The notes below the pieces were generated by a model. It did not search any database. It had not been told where the DNA came from and worked only from the letters and a program-made list of their open reading frames with translations. Positions 39,923 through 51,580 of a DNA stretch of 64,000 nt are shown piece by piece (position 1 is the first letter of the stretch; each line of letters starts with the position of its first letter). The DNA comes from Alphaproteobacteria bacterium. Its GTDB lineage: Bacteria > Pseudomonadota > Alphaproteobacteria > MPNO01. The translations under genes and the position numbers were made by a program. The stretch lies in assembly GCA_965248835.1 (NCBI GenBank), contig CBDFLJ010000002.1, forward strand, positions 672,001-736,000, read 5' to 3'.

Positions 39923-40890
39923 GCCGGCCGGAGCGCCGCGCGATGATTGTGCGCGACCACCCGGCGCTGAGCCTGAGCCGGCAATGCCGCTTGCTGTCGG
40001 TCGGGCGTTCCTCGCTCTACTACAAGCCCAAGGGCGAGAGCGCGGAGACGCTCGTGCTGATGCGGCGGATCGACGAGTTGTTCCTGAAGTACCCGTTTTA
40101 CGGCGCCCGCCGGATGGTGCTTCACCTGCGCCGCGAGGGCGTGCGTATCGGGCGCCGGCGGGCCGCACGGCTGATGCGCCTGATGGGGCTTCAGGCGATC
40201 TGGCGGGCGCCGCGGACCAGCGCGCCGCACCCCGAGCACCGGGTCTGGCCCTATCTGCTCAGGAGCTTGACGATCGAACGACCGAACCATGTCTGGTGTG
40301 CCGACATCACCTACATCCCGGTGCAGCGCGGCTTCCTTTACCTGGTGGCGATCATGGACTGGGCGAGCCGGTTCGTCCTGGCCTGGCGGCTGTCGAACAC
40401 GCTGGACGCGGGCTTCTGCACAGACACGCTCGACGAGGCCCTGGGTCGATACGGCAGGCCGGAGATATTCAACACCGACCAAGGCAGCCAGTTCACCAGC
40501 TTCGCCTTCACCGGGCGCCTGCAGGCGCCCGGCATCCGGGTCTCGATGGATGGCAGGGGCCGGTGCATGGACAACATCTTCATCGAGCGGCTGTGGCGCT
40601 CGCTCAAATACGAGGCGGTCTATCTCCACGAGATCGCCGACGGCTACGCCGCCCGGCGCCTGATCCGTGATTGGGTCCGCTTTTACAACCTCGAGAGGCC
40701 GCACGCGGCGCTGGACGGGCGAACCCCGGCCGAGGCATACCGCGGCGACCCGCCCGTGGATATGATGGACAAGCCGCTCCGCGCCTTGCCCTTGAACGCA
40801 TGCGTTCAAGGGCAAGGCGCAACAGCAGCAACAGGAAGATCGCATGAAAGGGATCCTGGCGGCCTGATCGATAACCGGAATACACCTTAA
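39919..40890 (+). CDS. IS3 transposase OrfB (DDE)
   Basis: WCADITYIP, FNTDQGSQFTS and DNIFIERLWRSLKYE. Confidence 0.9.
   Translation: MSRPERRAMIVRDHPALSLSRQCRLLSVGRSSLYYKPKGESAETLVLMRRIDELFLKYPFYGARRMVLHLRREGVRIGRRRAARLMRLMGLQAIWRAPRTSAPHPEHRVWPYLLRSLTIERPNHVWCADITYIPVQRGFLYLVAIMDWASRFVLAWRLSNTLDAGFCTDTLDEALGRYGRPEIFNTDQGSQFTSFAFTGRLQAPGIRVSMDGRGRCMDNIFIERLWRSLKYEAVYLHEIADGYAARRLIRDWVRFYNLERPHAALDGRTPAEAYRGDPPVDMMDKPLRALPLNACVQGQGATAATGRSHERDPGGLIDNRNTP
40781..40820. repeat. Perfect 40-bp palindrome near the IS3 right end
   Basis: GCGCCTTGCCCTTGAACGCA|TGCGTTCAAGGGCAAGGCGC. Confidence 0.9.
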
Positions 40891-40950
40891 CTCAGCCGCC
40901 AGGCTGTCCGAAAAGGTGGAGCCACCTCACCCCCACCTGCGTGCACGCCA

Positions 40951-42695
40951 TCATTCTTCCGCCTCCGCATAGGGGCGGTAATCCACCAGCGCCGACCGGC
41001 CGACGATATCGATGATGCGAACCAGCATTTTCTTTCCGTCGGCGTCGGTGAGGCGCAGGTCTTCGCCGAGAACGAAGTGAACCGGCTGCTGGCGTCCTTC
41101 GTTGATGGCGATGTTGGAGGCATACAGGTAGGTTCTGTCGTGGGTATCCAGGATAGGGTTCAAGCGCCCGGTCAAGCCCGGAACCTGGCCGGTGGCCTCC
41201 GGAAAGATGACGGCGCCGCCCTCCGGCAGGGCTTCGAGTTCCAAGGCGAGCGCACCTCTGCTTGGCCGCCACTCCCGTTCCAGACAGGCGGCATGTCCTG
41301 AAGCGGCTGCGAACACCGTCATCGGAAGATGGGTCGTGTGCAGATCGACGGCCGCCTCGCCGTGTTCGTTCGTCGTGGCGCGCTTCCAGGTTTTGTTCGG
41401 AAACAGGACCAAAAGGTCGGCGTCCGGCAAGGGTTGGCCGACGGTCCGCACCGTGATGACAGCGCGCGCGGGACTTTGCTCCTGGGCTGACGCAGGAATG
41501 GTAAGGCACACTTCCGACCCGTCGATCAGCCGGTATTCGGGCAGTTGTCCGCTGAGTGCCCTGGTCTCGCGCTGGATGATGGGCACCCCGTCTCCGCGGC
41601 GCTCCATGAAATACTGCCGATCCTCCGAGCCTTCGACGCCCCCCACAGGCATTCGTCCCAGAACCGAGGTCAAGGCTTCGTTACGTGTCGCCTGCCGCGT
41701 TGCCATGCTGTCGATGGTCAGGTTGTTAGGCAGCGATCCGGGCGATTGAATTTCCAGGCGATCCTCAAACATCGACAGGCGGATCTTGCTGGCGCGCATC
41801 GAATAGTCGCGATGCGCCACGGCATTGACCACTGCCTCAAATAGCGCCTTGCCGCTGTACTGGGGCAGGTCCACGCGCGCCGGCTCCTTGCGCGCCGCAA
41901 CCCGCATGTTCCTTATGGCAAAGACCACCGCATCGGCGATTTGGCGGTTAAGCGGGCCGGTAATTTCCTGTGTGTCGATCTGGCCAGAGGCGCGGTCTTT
42001 GCCCCGATAGTGCGTAGCCGTTATGCAGGCGTTGGGAAGCCGCTGCTCGGGACTTCCGGTACACAACAACACCCCAGCTACCGTGGCCCGCGGAATTCCG
42101 GCCTCGTCGGGCGCCATGAGCGCCATCTTCCCGAGTGCTGACTCGGGGTCCGCAGCGCCCTCGGCGGTCAACAGTGGTTTCCAGAGCGATTCATCCAGCG
42201 TTCCGAATCCGGTATCTGGAAGAGTTTGCTCGTCGAACGACGGGAAACGCGCCTGTCCCCGTCGTTGCGCCAAGCGCAATCGCTCGTCGTTGGTCATCCT
42301 TCGCTTTGTGCCGCCTACGCGGATATAGCTTCCACCTGGGCTGTCGTGCAGCGATTCGCCCTGCGGCACTTCGAGCAGCAGCAACGGTTTGCCATCCAGT
42401 TGCGCGTGCTGGGTGCGGATGCGAACGGGCGGTACGATGGTGTCGGAGCTCACCTCCACCAGAACCCTATCCAGCTCGACAATCTGTTCGCCGGACATGC
42501 CCTGTACTTCGCCGTGGTCAGTGACGCCGCAGAGCAGCACGCCGCCGTCCGCATTGGCAAACGCCGCGATCTCGTCCGCCCAGTCATCGCGCCTGGGACT
42601 CCTCGGGCGGTTGCCGGCGAACTCGATCTGCTTGAACTCCCAGTGGCTGTCTTCGCCGAGGCCGAGTTGGCGTCTGATTTCTTCTTCTCTGTGGG

Positions 42696-42699
<4 letters not shown>
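40951..42699 (-). CDS. Schlafen/AlbA_2 domain + GHKL-like (HATPase_c_4) domain + C-terminal beta-rich extension
   Basis: [35 protein letters not shown] and MERRGDGV. Confidence 0.8.
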
Positions 42700-44312
<1,613 letters not shown>

Positions 44313-44342
44313 GTAGCGTCTCTCCCGTTCTCGTCGTGCCGC

Positions 44343-44660
44343 CTAGCGAACCGCCTGGACCTTGAGGTGAAGCCCCTCGCGTTCCTGAAGGCAGCCGATG
44401 ATCTCGAACAGGTTCCGGGCCTGCGGATTGCCGTTCGGGCCGAACATGCGCATCAGGCTCTTGGGCGACTTGTCGGTCAACCCGCCAAGCTCCTGAAAGC
44501 CGATGGTGGCGTTGATGTAGTCGCGCAGCACCGCCTTGCCGGTATTCACATCGCCGGAAAGCAGGCACTCGACCCCTTCCTTGAGCAGCTCCTCGCGGAA
44601 CGCCGGGTCGCGCTCGATGCGGGCCTGGATCGTCGCCTTGAAGCTTCGTGTCAGGGACAT
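44343..44660 (-). CDS. Addiction-module antidote/HigA-like HTH protein
   Basis: [31 protein letters not shown] and [13 protein letters not shown]. Confidence 0.8.
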   Translation of the reverse strand: MSLTRSFKATIQARIERDPAFREELLKEGVECLLSGDVNTGKAVLRDYINATIGFQELGGLTDKSPKSLMRMFGPNGNPQARNLFEIIGCLQEREGLHLKVQAVR

Positions 44661-44665
44661 GGTTC

Positions 44666-44714
44666 TCAAGTCTCCCGTTGCTTGCGCTTCGATGTACGCC
44701 CTGGTTTCGATCAT
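44666..44714 (-). pseudogene. Vestige of a RelE/HigB-like toxin gene (start and stop retained, middle deleted)
   Basis: MIETRAYIE joined to a shifted-frame KRKQRET* directly upstream of the antitoxin ATG. Confidence 0.55.
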
Positions 44715-44722
44715 CGATAACA

Positions 44723-44740
44723 GGTAACTATAACGTTACC
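44723..44740. promoter_or_regulatory. Palindromic operator GGTAAC-N6-GTTACC upstream of the TA operon
   Basis: Inverted repeat beside a TTGCCA -35-like hexamer (44744-44749, minus strand). Confidence 0.55.
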
Positions 44741-44897
44741 ATTTGGCAAGTCCGATCAGCGAGTCTATGTCGTGGGAAGATATCCCGCCGGGCGACCCGG
44801 AGGCTTCAGCGATCCTGCTGGCGATACGGTTGGCGGCGGATTTGACGGATGCGGGGTGCGCCTTGGTTAGACGGAATCTTCTGACTTCGGCCCGGTG

Positions 44898-46238
44898 CTA
44901 ATTCGTCATCAGCCCGGGCAGGTAGAGCGCGAGCCCCGGGAAGACGATTAGCAGGACGAGCACCACCAGCGCGCAGCCGATATAGGGCGCGGCGGCGAAG
45001 GCGACCTGCCACAGCGTGGTGCCCCGTGGGGCGACCCCCATCATGACGAACAGCAGCAGGCCGAACGGCGGCGTGGTCAGGCTGATCTCCAGCGCCAGCA
45101 GCATCACCAGGCCGAACCAGATCAGATCGAATTGCAGCGTCGCCGCGAGCGGGAAGAAGATCGGCACGGTGATCAGCATCATCGAGACCTGGTCCATGAA
45201 CATGCCCAGGACCAGCAGGACCGCGAACATGATCAGCAGCATGACGATGGGCGCGAGCGCCACCGTGGTCGCCCAGTCGATCAGACCCGCGCTCGCCCCG
45301 GTGAACGCCAGAAGCTGGCTGAAGGTCGACGACGCCAGGATGATCAGGAGCACCATCGCGGTCACCCGCACCGATCCGGCGAAAGCCTTCACCAGGATGT
45401 CCCAGCTCAGCACACGGTAGAGCAGGGCGAGCACCACCACGCCGAAAGCGCCGAAACCGGCGGCCTCCGTCGGCGTCGCGATGCCCAGGATGATCAGCCC
45501 GATGACGCAGAAGACCACCAGCCCCATCGGCAGGACGTTGACCGCCACCGAAAGGATCATCTGGCCGAGGGGGGTCTTTTCGACTTCGTAGGCCGGTGCG
45601 GCTTCCGGATCGAGCTTGACCTGGCCGTAGATCAGGATCGAATAGAGCAGTGCCAGCACCAGGCCCGGAAGGACGCCCGCGATCAGCAGCTTGCCGATGT
45701 CGATCTCCGCCAGGCTCGCCAGCAGGACCGCCAGCGCCGAGGGCGGGATGATCATCGCAAGCCCGCCGGTGCCCAGGATCGGGCCCATCGACATGTGCTT
45801 CTTGTAGCCCCGCGCGGTCATCTCGGGCACCATGAGCGAGCCCATCATGGCGGTGTTGGCCATCGTGGAGCCCGACAGGGTCGCGAAGATGGTGCCGCCG
45901 GCGACGGTGATATAGGCGAGCCGGCCCGGAAGGCGGCCGAAGCAGCGATCGAGCGCGTCGAACACGCGAACGGCGAGCCCGGTGTGGAAGAACAGCTCGC
46001 CCATGATGATGAACAGCGGGACCGGGATCAGCGCGAATATGGTCACCGATTCCACGGCATTGGCCACGATCTGCGGCATCGCGTCCAGGCCGCCCATGAA
46101 GATCATCGCGCCGATGATGTTGGCGGTCAGAAACGCGAACGCCACCGGGATGCCCAGCAGCATGAAGGCGATCACTATGCCGACCAGGAAAGCCGCGATG
46201 GTGTACCATTCGGTGAGCAGGGAGGCGGCCCACGCCAC
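44898..46238 (-). CDS. dctM: TRAP transporter large permease
   Basis: LGIPVAF, IPVPLFIIMG, GGLAMIIPPS, TPTEAA and TPPFGL. Confidence 0.92.
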   Translation of the reverse strand: MAWAASLLTEWYTIAAFLVGIVIAFMLLGIPVAFAFLTANIIGAMIFMGGLDAMPQIVANAVESVTIFALIPVPLFIIMGELFFHTGLAVRVFDALDRCFGRLPGRLAYITVAGGTIFATLSGSTMANTAMMGSLMVPEMTARGYKKHMSMGPILGTGGLAMIIPPSALAVLLASLAEIDIGKLLIAGVLPGLVLALLYSILIYGQVKLDPEAAPAYEVEKTPLGQMILSVAVNVLPMGLVVFCVIGLIILGIATPTEAAGFGAFGVVVLALLYRVLSWDILVKAFAGSVRVTAMVLLIILASSTFSQLLAFTGASAGLIDWATTVALAPIVMLLIMFAVLLVLGMFMDQVSMMLITVPIFFPLAATLQFDLIWFGLVMLLALEISLTTPPFGLLLFVMMGVAPRGTTLWQVAFAAAPYIGCALVVLVLLIVFPGLALYLPGLMTN

Positions 46239-46750
46239 TAAAGCGACTCCGAAGCGCTGACGGTGTCGGAGTAGTAGGTGTCGAAACCGAGCAGGTAGCG
46301 CAGGAACTCGATCGCGACCAGAGAGAAGCCGAGCGGGAACGGCACGTAGAGGATCCACTTGGGCATGTCGATCGAGCGGAGATCCAACTCCTGCGACCCG
46401 ATGGCTTCGACCATCTCGACGAAACCGTAATAGGCGAACAGCAGCGACAGCGCGATGCAGACCAGATAGGCAAACTTCGCCATGATCGTGCGGACCGCCG
46501 GCGGCATCGCCAAAGTCAGGGACTCCACGACGACATGGCCCTTGCGGCGGACCAGCCAGGGCGCGCCCAGCATGGTCGAGAACAGCAGGCAGTATTCCGC
46601 GATCGCGCTGTACCACTGCAGCGCGTTGAAGCCGATCGTGCGGATGCTCACGTCGAGAATTATGCCGACGAAGATGACCGCGAGCATCACCCCGGCCAGG
46701 ATCGCAAGACCGACGATCAGCCCGTCATAGACCTTGTAGACGGCGTTCAT
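46238..46750 (-). CDS. dctQ: TRAP transporter small permease
   Basis: Four TM helices and GHVVVE, located between dctP and dctM. Confidence 0.88.
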   Translation of the reverse strand: MNAVYKVYDGLIVGLAILAGVMLAVIFVGIILDVSIRTIGFNALQWYSAIAEYCLLFSTMLGAPWLVRRKGHVVVESLTLAMPPAVRTIMAKFAYLVCIALSLLFAYYGFVEMVEAIGSQELDLRSIDMPKWILYVPFPLGFSLVAIEFLRYLLGFDTYYSDTVSASESL

Positions 46751-46824
46751 GTTTCAACCGGGCCGAAACCGACGGTGCGGGCCCCGTCGCCCGACGAGGC
46801 CCGCGCTGCGCCTGAAACGGAACT

Positions 46825-47829
46825 CTATTGGCCGTGAAACTGGCCGTGATAGAGCCTGCTGAGGGTCTTTGCCTCTGGGGTCTCGACCTTCTTGAGCCGC
46901 TCGATCGGCGTGTTGTTGGCAAATCCGAGATACTTTGCGGCCGCGGCGCCGGTCAGCGTGATTTCCTTCTGGCCGAACTCCTTGGCCAGGATCGCGCGCT
47001 CTTTTTCGACCAGGGGCTTCCAATATTCGTACGAGGTGTGCTCCCACTGCTCGCCGAGCTTGAGCATCAGCGCCCGGCCATCCGGGGACAGCTTGTTCAG
47101 CGCCTTGTTGCTGATGAAGGTGCACGGCTCGAGCTGGTAGAAGGTGGGATAGACCCGGTATTTGACGAACTTCGCCCAGCCGAACTTGCGGGTCCACAGC
47201 TCGGGGAAGGCGAAGCCGTTGACCAGGCCGCGCTCCAGGGCGTTGTAGATCTCTGGCACCTGGACGGTGATGGTGGTCCCACCGAGCGCCCGCAGGAAGC
47301 CGTCATAGATCGGCACCGAGCGCATCTTGAAGCCCTTGAGCGAGATCATCCCGTCGGCCGACTGCTTCGGCGCGCCGCTGAGATAGAGATTGAACGACAC
47401 GCTGGTCGCCACCTGCGACAGGATGATGCCGTCGAGCCGCTTGGTGATCGCCTTGTTCAGCGCCGCCATCGCGCCGTTCTTGCGGGCCTCCCAGGGCCTG
47501 AGCTGCGTGCCCGACAGGGCGTCGACCTCGGGCACCACGCCGCGGTGATAGCTGGCCGCGGTGAACATCAGATCGTAGAGGCCGCTCTTGAACCCCTTGG
47601 ACTGCGCCGGGGCCTTGGAGATCTCCGGCCCGCCGATATGGCGGATGCTGAACAGTCCCTTGCCCTCCGCATTGGCTTTGTCGACGAACCGCAGAAAATC
47701 GCCGGTCAACGGAAAGTTCTTGGGCCAACCGGAAATGCCCTTCAGCTTGACTTCGGCGGCTTGCGCGAGCGAGGCGGACAGGATTGCCGCCAGCCCCGCC
47801 GTCGCCAGGAATGGGCCGAGTCTCCTCAT
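46825..47829 (-). CDS. dctP: TRAP transporter substrate-binding protein
   Basis: Signal peptide, LKGFKMR and EIYNALERGLVNG. Confidence 0.88.
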   Translation of the reverse strand: MRRLGPFLATAGLAAILSASLAQAAEVKLKGISGWPKNFPLTGDFLRFVDKANAEGKGLFSIRHIGGPEISKAPAQSKGFKSGLYDLMFTAASYHRGVVPEVDALSGTQLRPWEARKNGAMAALNKAITKRLDGIILSQVATSVSFNLYLSGAPKQSADGMISLKGFKMRSVPIYDGFLRALGGTTITVQVPEIYNALERGLVNGFAFPELWTRKFGWAKFVKYRVYPTFYQLEPCTFISNKALNKLSPDGRALMLKLGEQWEHTSYEYWKPLVEKERAILAKEFGQKEITLTGAAAAKYLGFANNTPIERLKKVETPEAKTLSRLYHGQFHGQ

Positions 47830-48023
47830 GGTGTTCTCCCGTCTACTCGAGGACGTTTTCCAACCGTCCCAGACTTCCCGATTTCGGCGTCCAGCGCAAG
47901 CGATTGTGGCGCCAGGCCGAAGGCCGGCGGTCGCCGGACCGGAATTCCAACCGGACGCGGTTTGTCCTATCCTCCGGCTCCGGCAGCATCGCCGGGCGGC
48001 CGCGCGCGACCAGGGAGCACCCG

Positions 48024-49388
48024 ATGGCCGAGCACAAGCATTTCGCCCGCACGCCCTACAGCGCCTATCACAACCCGGCGACGGCGCGCGAGGATGCCGA
48101 GCTTACCCATGTCGAGCGCGGATCGGCCTGCGGCGCGTATCTGCGCCATTTCTGGCAGCCGGTGGCGCTGTCCTGCGAGGTCGGCGAACTGCCGGTCAAG
48201 GTGCGGCTGTTCGGCGAGGACCTGGTGCTGTTCCGCACACGCGCGGGCGACGTAGGTCTGCTGGAGCTGCATTGCAGCCACCGGGGGACTTCGCTGGAGT
48301 TCGGCGTCATCGAGGACCGCGGCATCAGGTGCTGCTATCATAGCTGGCTGTTCGCAATCGACGGCAAGATCCTGGAGACGCCCGGCGAGCCGCCGGGAAG
48401 CACGCTGAAGGACCGGCTCTATCACGGCGCCTACCCCGCCCGCGAATACGAGGGCCTGGTCTTCGCCTATATGGGCGATCCGGCGACGATGCCGGAATTC
48501 TCGATCTTCGATACTTTCGACATCCCGGGCGATCGGCTGGTTCCCTATTACATCACCTACCCCTGCAACTGGCTGCAGGTGCAGGAGAACGTCATGGACC
48601 CGGCGCACGCGGTGTTCCTGCACACCAGGGTCAGCTTCTCGCAGTTCGCCGATGCCTGGGGCGCCCTGCCGGTCACCGAGTTCCGCGAGACGCCGACCGG
48701 CATGATCTACATCACCACCCGGCGCTGGGGCGACAATGTCTGGGTCCGCTCGAACGACATCATCAACGGCAACCTCGCCCAGGTCGGCCATATATGGGAG
48801 GACGGCCAGGCGCTGAAGAACTACGTCCGCGTCGGCATCACCCGCTGGACCGCCCCGATCGACAACACCACCTGCCGCATCATCGGCTGGCGGCATTTCC
48901 ACCCAGACGTCGATCCGCGCGGAATGGCCGATGAGGATGCCTGCGGCCCGGAGAGCGTCGACTTCTTCGGCCAGGCCGCCGACCGCAGCTACGAGGACCG
49001 CCAGCGCATCCCCGGCGATTACGATGCCCAGACCAGCCAGCGCCCGATCGCGGTCCACGCGCTCGAGCACATGACCGCGACCGACAAGGGCGTGCTGATG
49101 CTGCGCAAGCTGCTGCGCGGCGAGATCCGCAAGGTGGCCCGGGGCAAGGCGCCCAAGGTCTCGCCGGTCCGCGCCGGGGGTGCGATCCCGACCTACTGCC
49201 ACGACACCGTGGTCCGGATTCCGCCGCTTGCGGGACGGGACGACGACGCGCTGCTTCTCCGGGTCGGCCGCCACATCACCGACATCAACGTGGACGGCGA
49301 TCACCAGACCGAAGACGACCGCGCCGAACGCATCCGCGGCCTGATCGACTGCTACGCCGCCTCGGAAACCGCGCAGGCCGCGGAATAG
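48024..49388 (+). CDS. Rieske non-heme iron oxygenase alpha subunit (phthalate dioxygenase/LigX-like group)
   Basis: CSHRG...CCYHSW Rieske motif and ENVMDPAHAVFLH mononuclear-iron motif. Confidence 0.9.
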   Translation: MAEHKHFARTPYSAYHNPATAREDAELTHVERGSACGAYLRHFWQPVALSCEVGELPVKVRLFGEDLVLFRTRAGDVGLLELHCSHRGTSLEFGVIEDRGIRCCYHSWLFAIDGKILETPGEPPGSTLKDRLYHGAYPAREYEGLVFAYMGDPATMPEFSIFDTFDIPGDRLVPYYITYPCNWLQVQENVMDPAHAVFLHTRVSFSQFADAWGALPVTEFRETPTGMIYITTRRWGDNVWVRSNDIINGNLAQVGHIWEDGQALKNYVRVGITRWTAPIDNTTCRIIGWRHFHPDVDPRGMADEDACGPESVDFFGQAADRSYEDRQRIPGDYDAQTSQRPIAVHALEHMTATDKGVLMLRKLLRGEIRKVARGKAPKVSPVRAGGAIPTYCHDTVVRIPPLAGRDDDALLLRVGRHITDINVDGDHQTEDDRAERIRGLIDCYAASETAQAAE

Positions 49389-49449
49389 GGCGCGCCGTCC
49401 CGAACGACTGCGGCGACGGCCGCGCCGGCTTGCCGGCGCGCGCCCGGCC

Positions 49450-51075
49450 TCAGTCGATCCTGGGGTAGACGGTCTTCAGCCCGGCCGCGCGGACCTCGTC
49501 CTCGTCCCAGAAGCCGATCAGGATGCCGGTCGGCTCGCTGGCGTGCGCCATCCGGTCGACCTGCTCCGGCGTGCGGGTGATCCGGCTGTGATGGCGCCGG
49601 GCCCAGGCGAACAGCGTCTCGTGCAGGCGCGCCCTGACCTCTTCCAGGCCGGGCTCGGTGCCGAGGTCGACCAGCTCGTCGGGGTCGGTCTCGAGATCGA
49701 ACAGCAGCGGCCGGAAACCCTCGGCTTGGATGTATTTCCAGCGTCCGTCGAAAACCATCAGCAGACGCGCATCCGCCTCGTCGACGCCGAGCTCCAGGCG
49801 CGACTGGCGGGTCGCATAGTCGTATTCGGAGATCACGTAGTCGCGCCCCGCGGCGGTTTGGCCGTGGAGCAGCGGCTGCAACGACCGTCCTTCCACGATA
49901 TGCGGCTTCTGCGCGCCCTTGAAGAAGTCGAGGAAGGTCGGCACCAGATCGATGCCCTCGACCAGCGCATCGCTCGCCGTGCCGCGGGTGGCGTCGGCCT
50001 CCCGCCTGGGGTCGTAGATGATCAGCGGCACGCGCGCCGAGCAGTCGTGGAACAGGTCCTTCTCGCCCAGCCAGTGGTCGCCGAGATTGTCGCCGTGATC
50101 GGAGGTGAAGACGATCATCGTGTCTTCCATCCGTCCGGTGCGCTCGAGATGGGCGAACAGCACGCCCATCTGATCGTCGATCTGCTTGACCAGCCCCATA
50201 TAGACCGGGACGACGCGCTCGCGCACCTCATCGCGCGAAAACGCCTGGCAGACCCGGTGGTTCTGCCAGGCGCGGTAGACCGGATGATCGGTCATCCGCT
50301 CGGCGTTGGAGCGCACCGGGGCGAGGATGTCGCCGGGGCCGTACATGTCGTGATACGGCGCCGGCGCGATATAGGGCCAGTGCGGCTTGATGTAGGACAG
50401 GTGGCACAGCCAGCGCCGGTCTCCGGCGCCGTCCATGAAGTCGATGCAGCGCCGCGTCAGATAGGGCGTCTCGGAATGCTCCTCGGGCACGCGGGCCGGC
50501 CGGTCGGCATAGCGCATCAGCCAGCCGGACAGCAGCTCGCCGTCATCACCCTCGGCCGAGTTCGCCCATTCCTCCCACGGGTTGACGCCGTCCATCCCGT
50601 GTGCGCGCAGATAGGCGTCATAAGGCGGGTCCTTGTCGTAGTCGCCCTGCGGGTGCAGGCCGTCGTCGCGCTCGAACGGTGTGAAGCCGCACTCCGCGGT
50701 ATGGATGCCGATCACCGAGTCGGGCTCGATCCCCAGCCGCTTCATGCCCTCGATGTCGGGGATCATGTGGGTCTTGCCGACCAGGACGCAGTCGACGTCG
50801 ATCTCGCGCAGATGATCGCCCAGCGTCGGTTCGCCGACGCGCAGCGGAAACCCGTTCCATGTCGCGCCGTGGCTGTGGACGTAGCGGCCGGTGTAGAAGC
50901 TCATGCGCGAGGGCCCGCAGATCGGCGACTGGACATAGGCGCGGTCGAAGCGCACCCCGCGCTCGGCCAGCCGGTCGAGGTTCGGCGTGTGCAGCCTCGG
51001 ATGGCCGTAGCACGACAGATAGTCCCAGCGAAGCTGGTCGACCATGATCCAAAGAACGTTCCGCGCCGATGACAT
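49450..51075 (-). CDS. Sulfatase-family hydrolase (phosphonate monoester hydrolase-like)
   Basis: IMVDQLRWD, CGPSR, GKTH, KPHWP and TSDHGD. Confidence 0.88.
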   Translation of the reverse strand: MSSARNVLWIMVDQLRWDYLSCYGHPRLHTPNLDRLAERGVRFDRAYVQSPICGPSRMSFYTGRYVHSHGATWNGFPLRVGEPTLGDHLREIDVDCVLVGKTHMIPDIEGMKRLGIEPDSVIGIHTAECGFTPFERDDGLHPQGDYDKDPPYDAYLRAHGMDGVNPWEEWANSAEGDDGELLSGWLMRYADRPARVPEEHSETPYLTRRCIDFMDGAGDRRWLCHLSYIKPHWPYIAPAPYHDMYGPGDILAPVRSNAERMTDHPVYRAWQNHRVCQAFSRDEVRERVVPVYMGLVKQIDDQMGVLFAHLERTGRMEDTMIVFTSDHGDNLGDHWLGEKDLFHDCSARVPLIIYDPRREADATRGTASDALVEGIDLVPTFLDFFKGAQKPHIVEGRSLQPLLHGQTAAGRDYVISEYDYATRQSRLELGVDEADARLLMVFDGRWKYIQAEGFRPLLFDLETDPDELVDLGTEPGLEEVRARLHETLFAWARRHHSRITRTPEQVDRMAHASEPTGILIGFWDEDEVRAAGLKTVYPRID

Positions 51076-51265
51076 TCAGCCTCCGCCTCGCCGATGGTGC
51101 CCGCAATCCAAGGCGCGACGATACAATCGGACCCCGGCGGAGACCATACGGGAATTCCCCGCCGCGCCCGCCCTCGCCCGGCCGTGCAGGCAGCACGGCG
51201 GGGAAAAGCTTGTTCCCGGGCCTGGCTACATGATGCGGAGCCAAGACCCCCGCGCGCGGGCTCCG

Positions 51266-51335
51266 GTTGACAGGTGTTTGCCGCACGTTCGGAGCCCGCG
51301 CGCGGGCTCCGAACGTGCGGCAAACACCTGTCAAC
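51266..51335. repeat. Perfect 70-bp intergenic palindrome, with its 17-bp centre copied just upstream
   Basis: 35-bp arms with no spacer. CCCGCGCGCGGGCTCCG occurs at 51249-51265 and 51295-51311. Confidence 0.9.
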
Positions 51336-51580
51336 GGTTCGCGAACAGCCCGCCGCCCTTGTGCCCGCCGCGGCCGATCAGCAGCGGGCCGGGCTGGGCC
51401 GTTCCCGGTTCGTTGGCGAAGTCGTAAAGCTGGTGGCGCTGTCAGTCCGTGTTCGGCCGCGCCGGGACCCGCTCGGTCATCCGCGCTTCGAGCGCCGCCG
51501 GGATGGCTGTCCAGGCGCTGTCCAGGCATTGGGACCGCTCATCAGGACCTGCATGTCTCCCGGGGTGAAGCGATAGGAGT

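Larger units (their letters stand above)
39572..40929 (+). mobile_element. IS3-family insertion sequence, apparently complete
   Basis: IRs TGAGGTGGCGCCGGAAAATCGGACAG and CTGTCCGAAAAGGTGGAGCCACCTCA. No flanking direct repeat. Confidence 0.9.
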
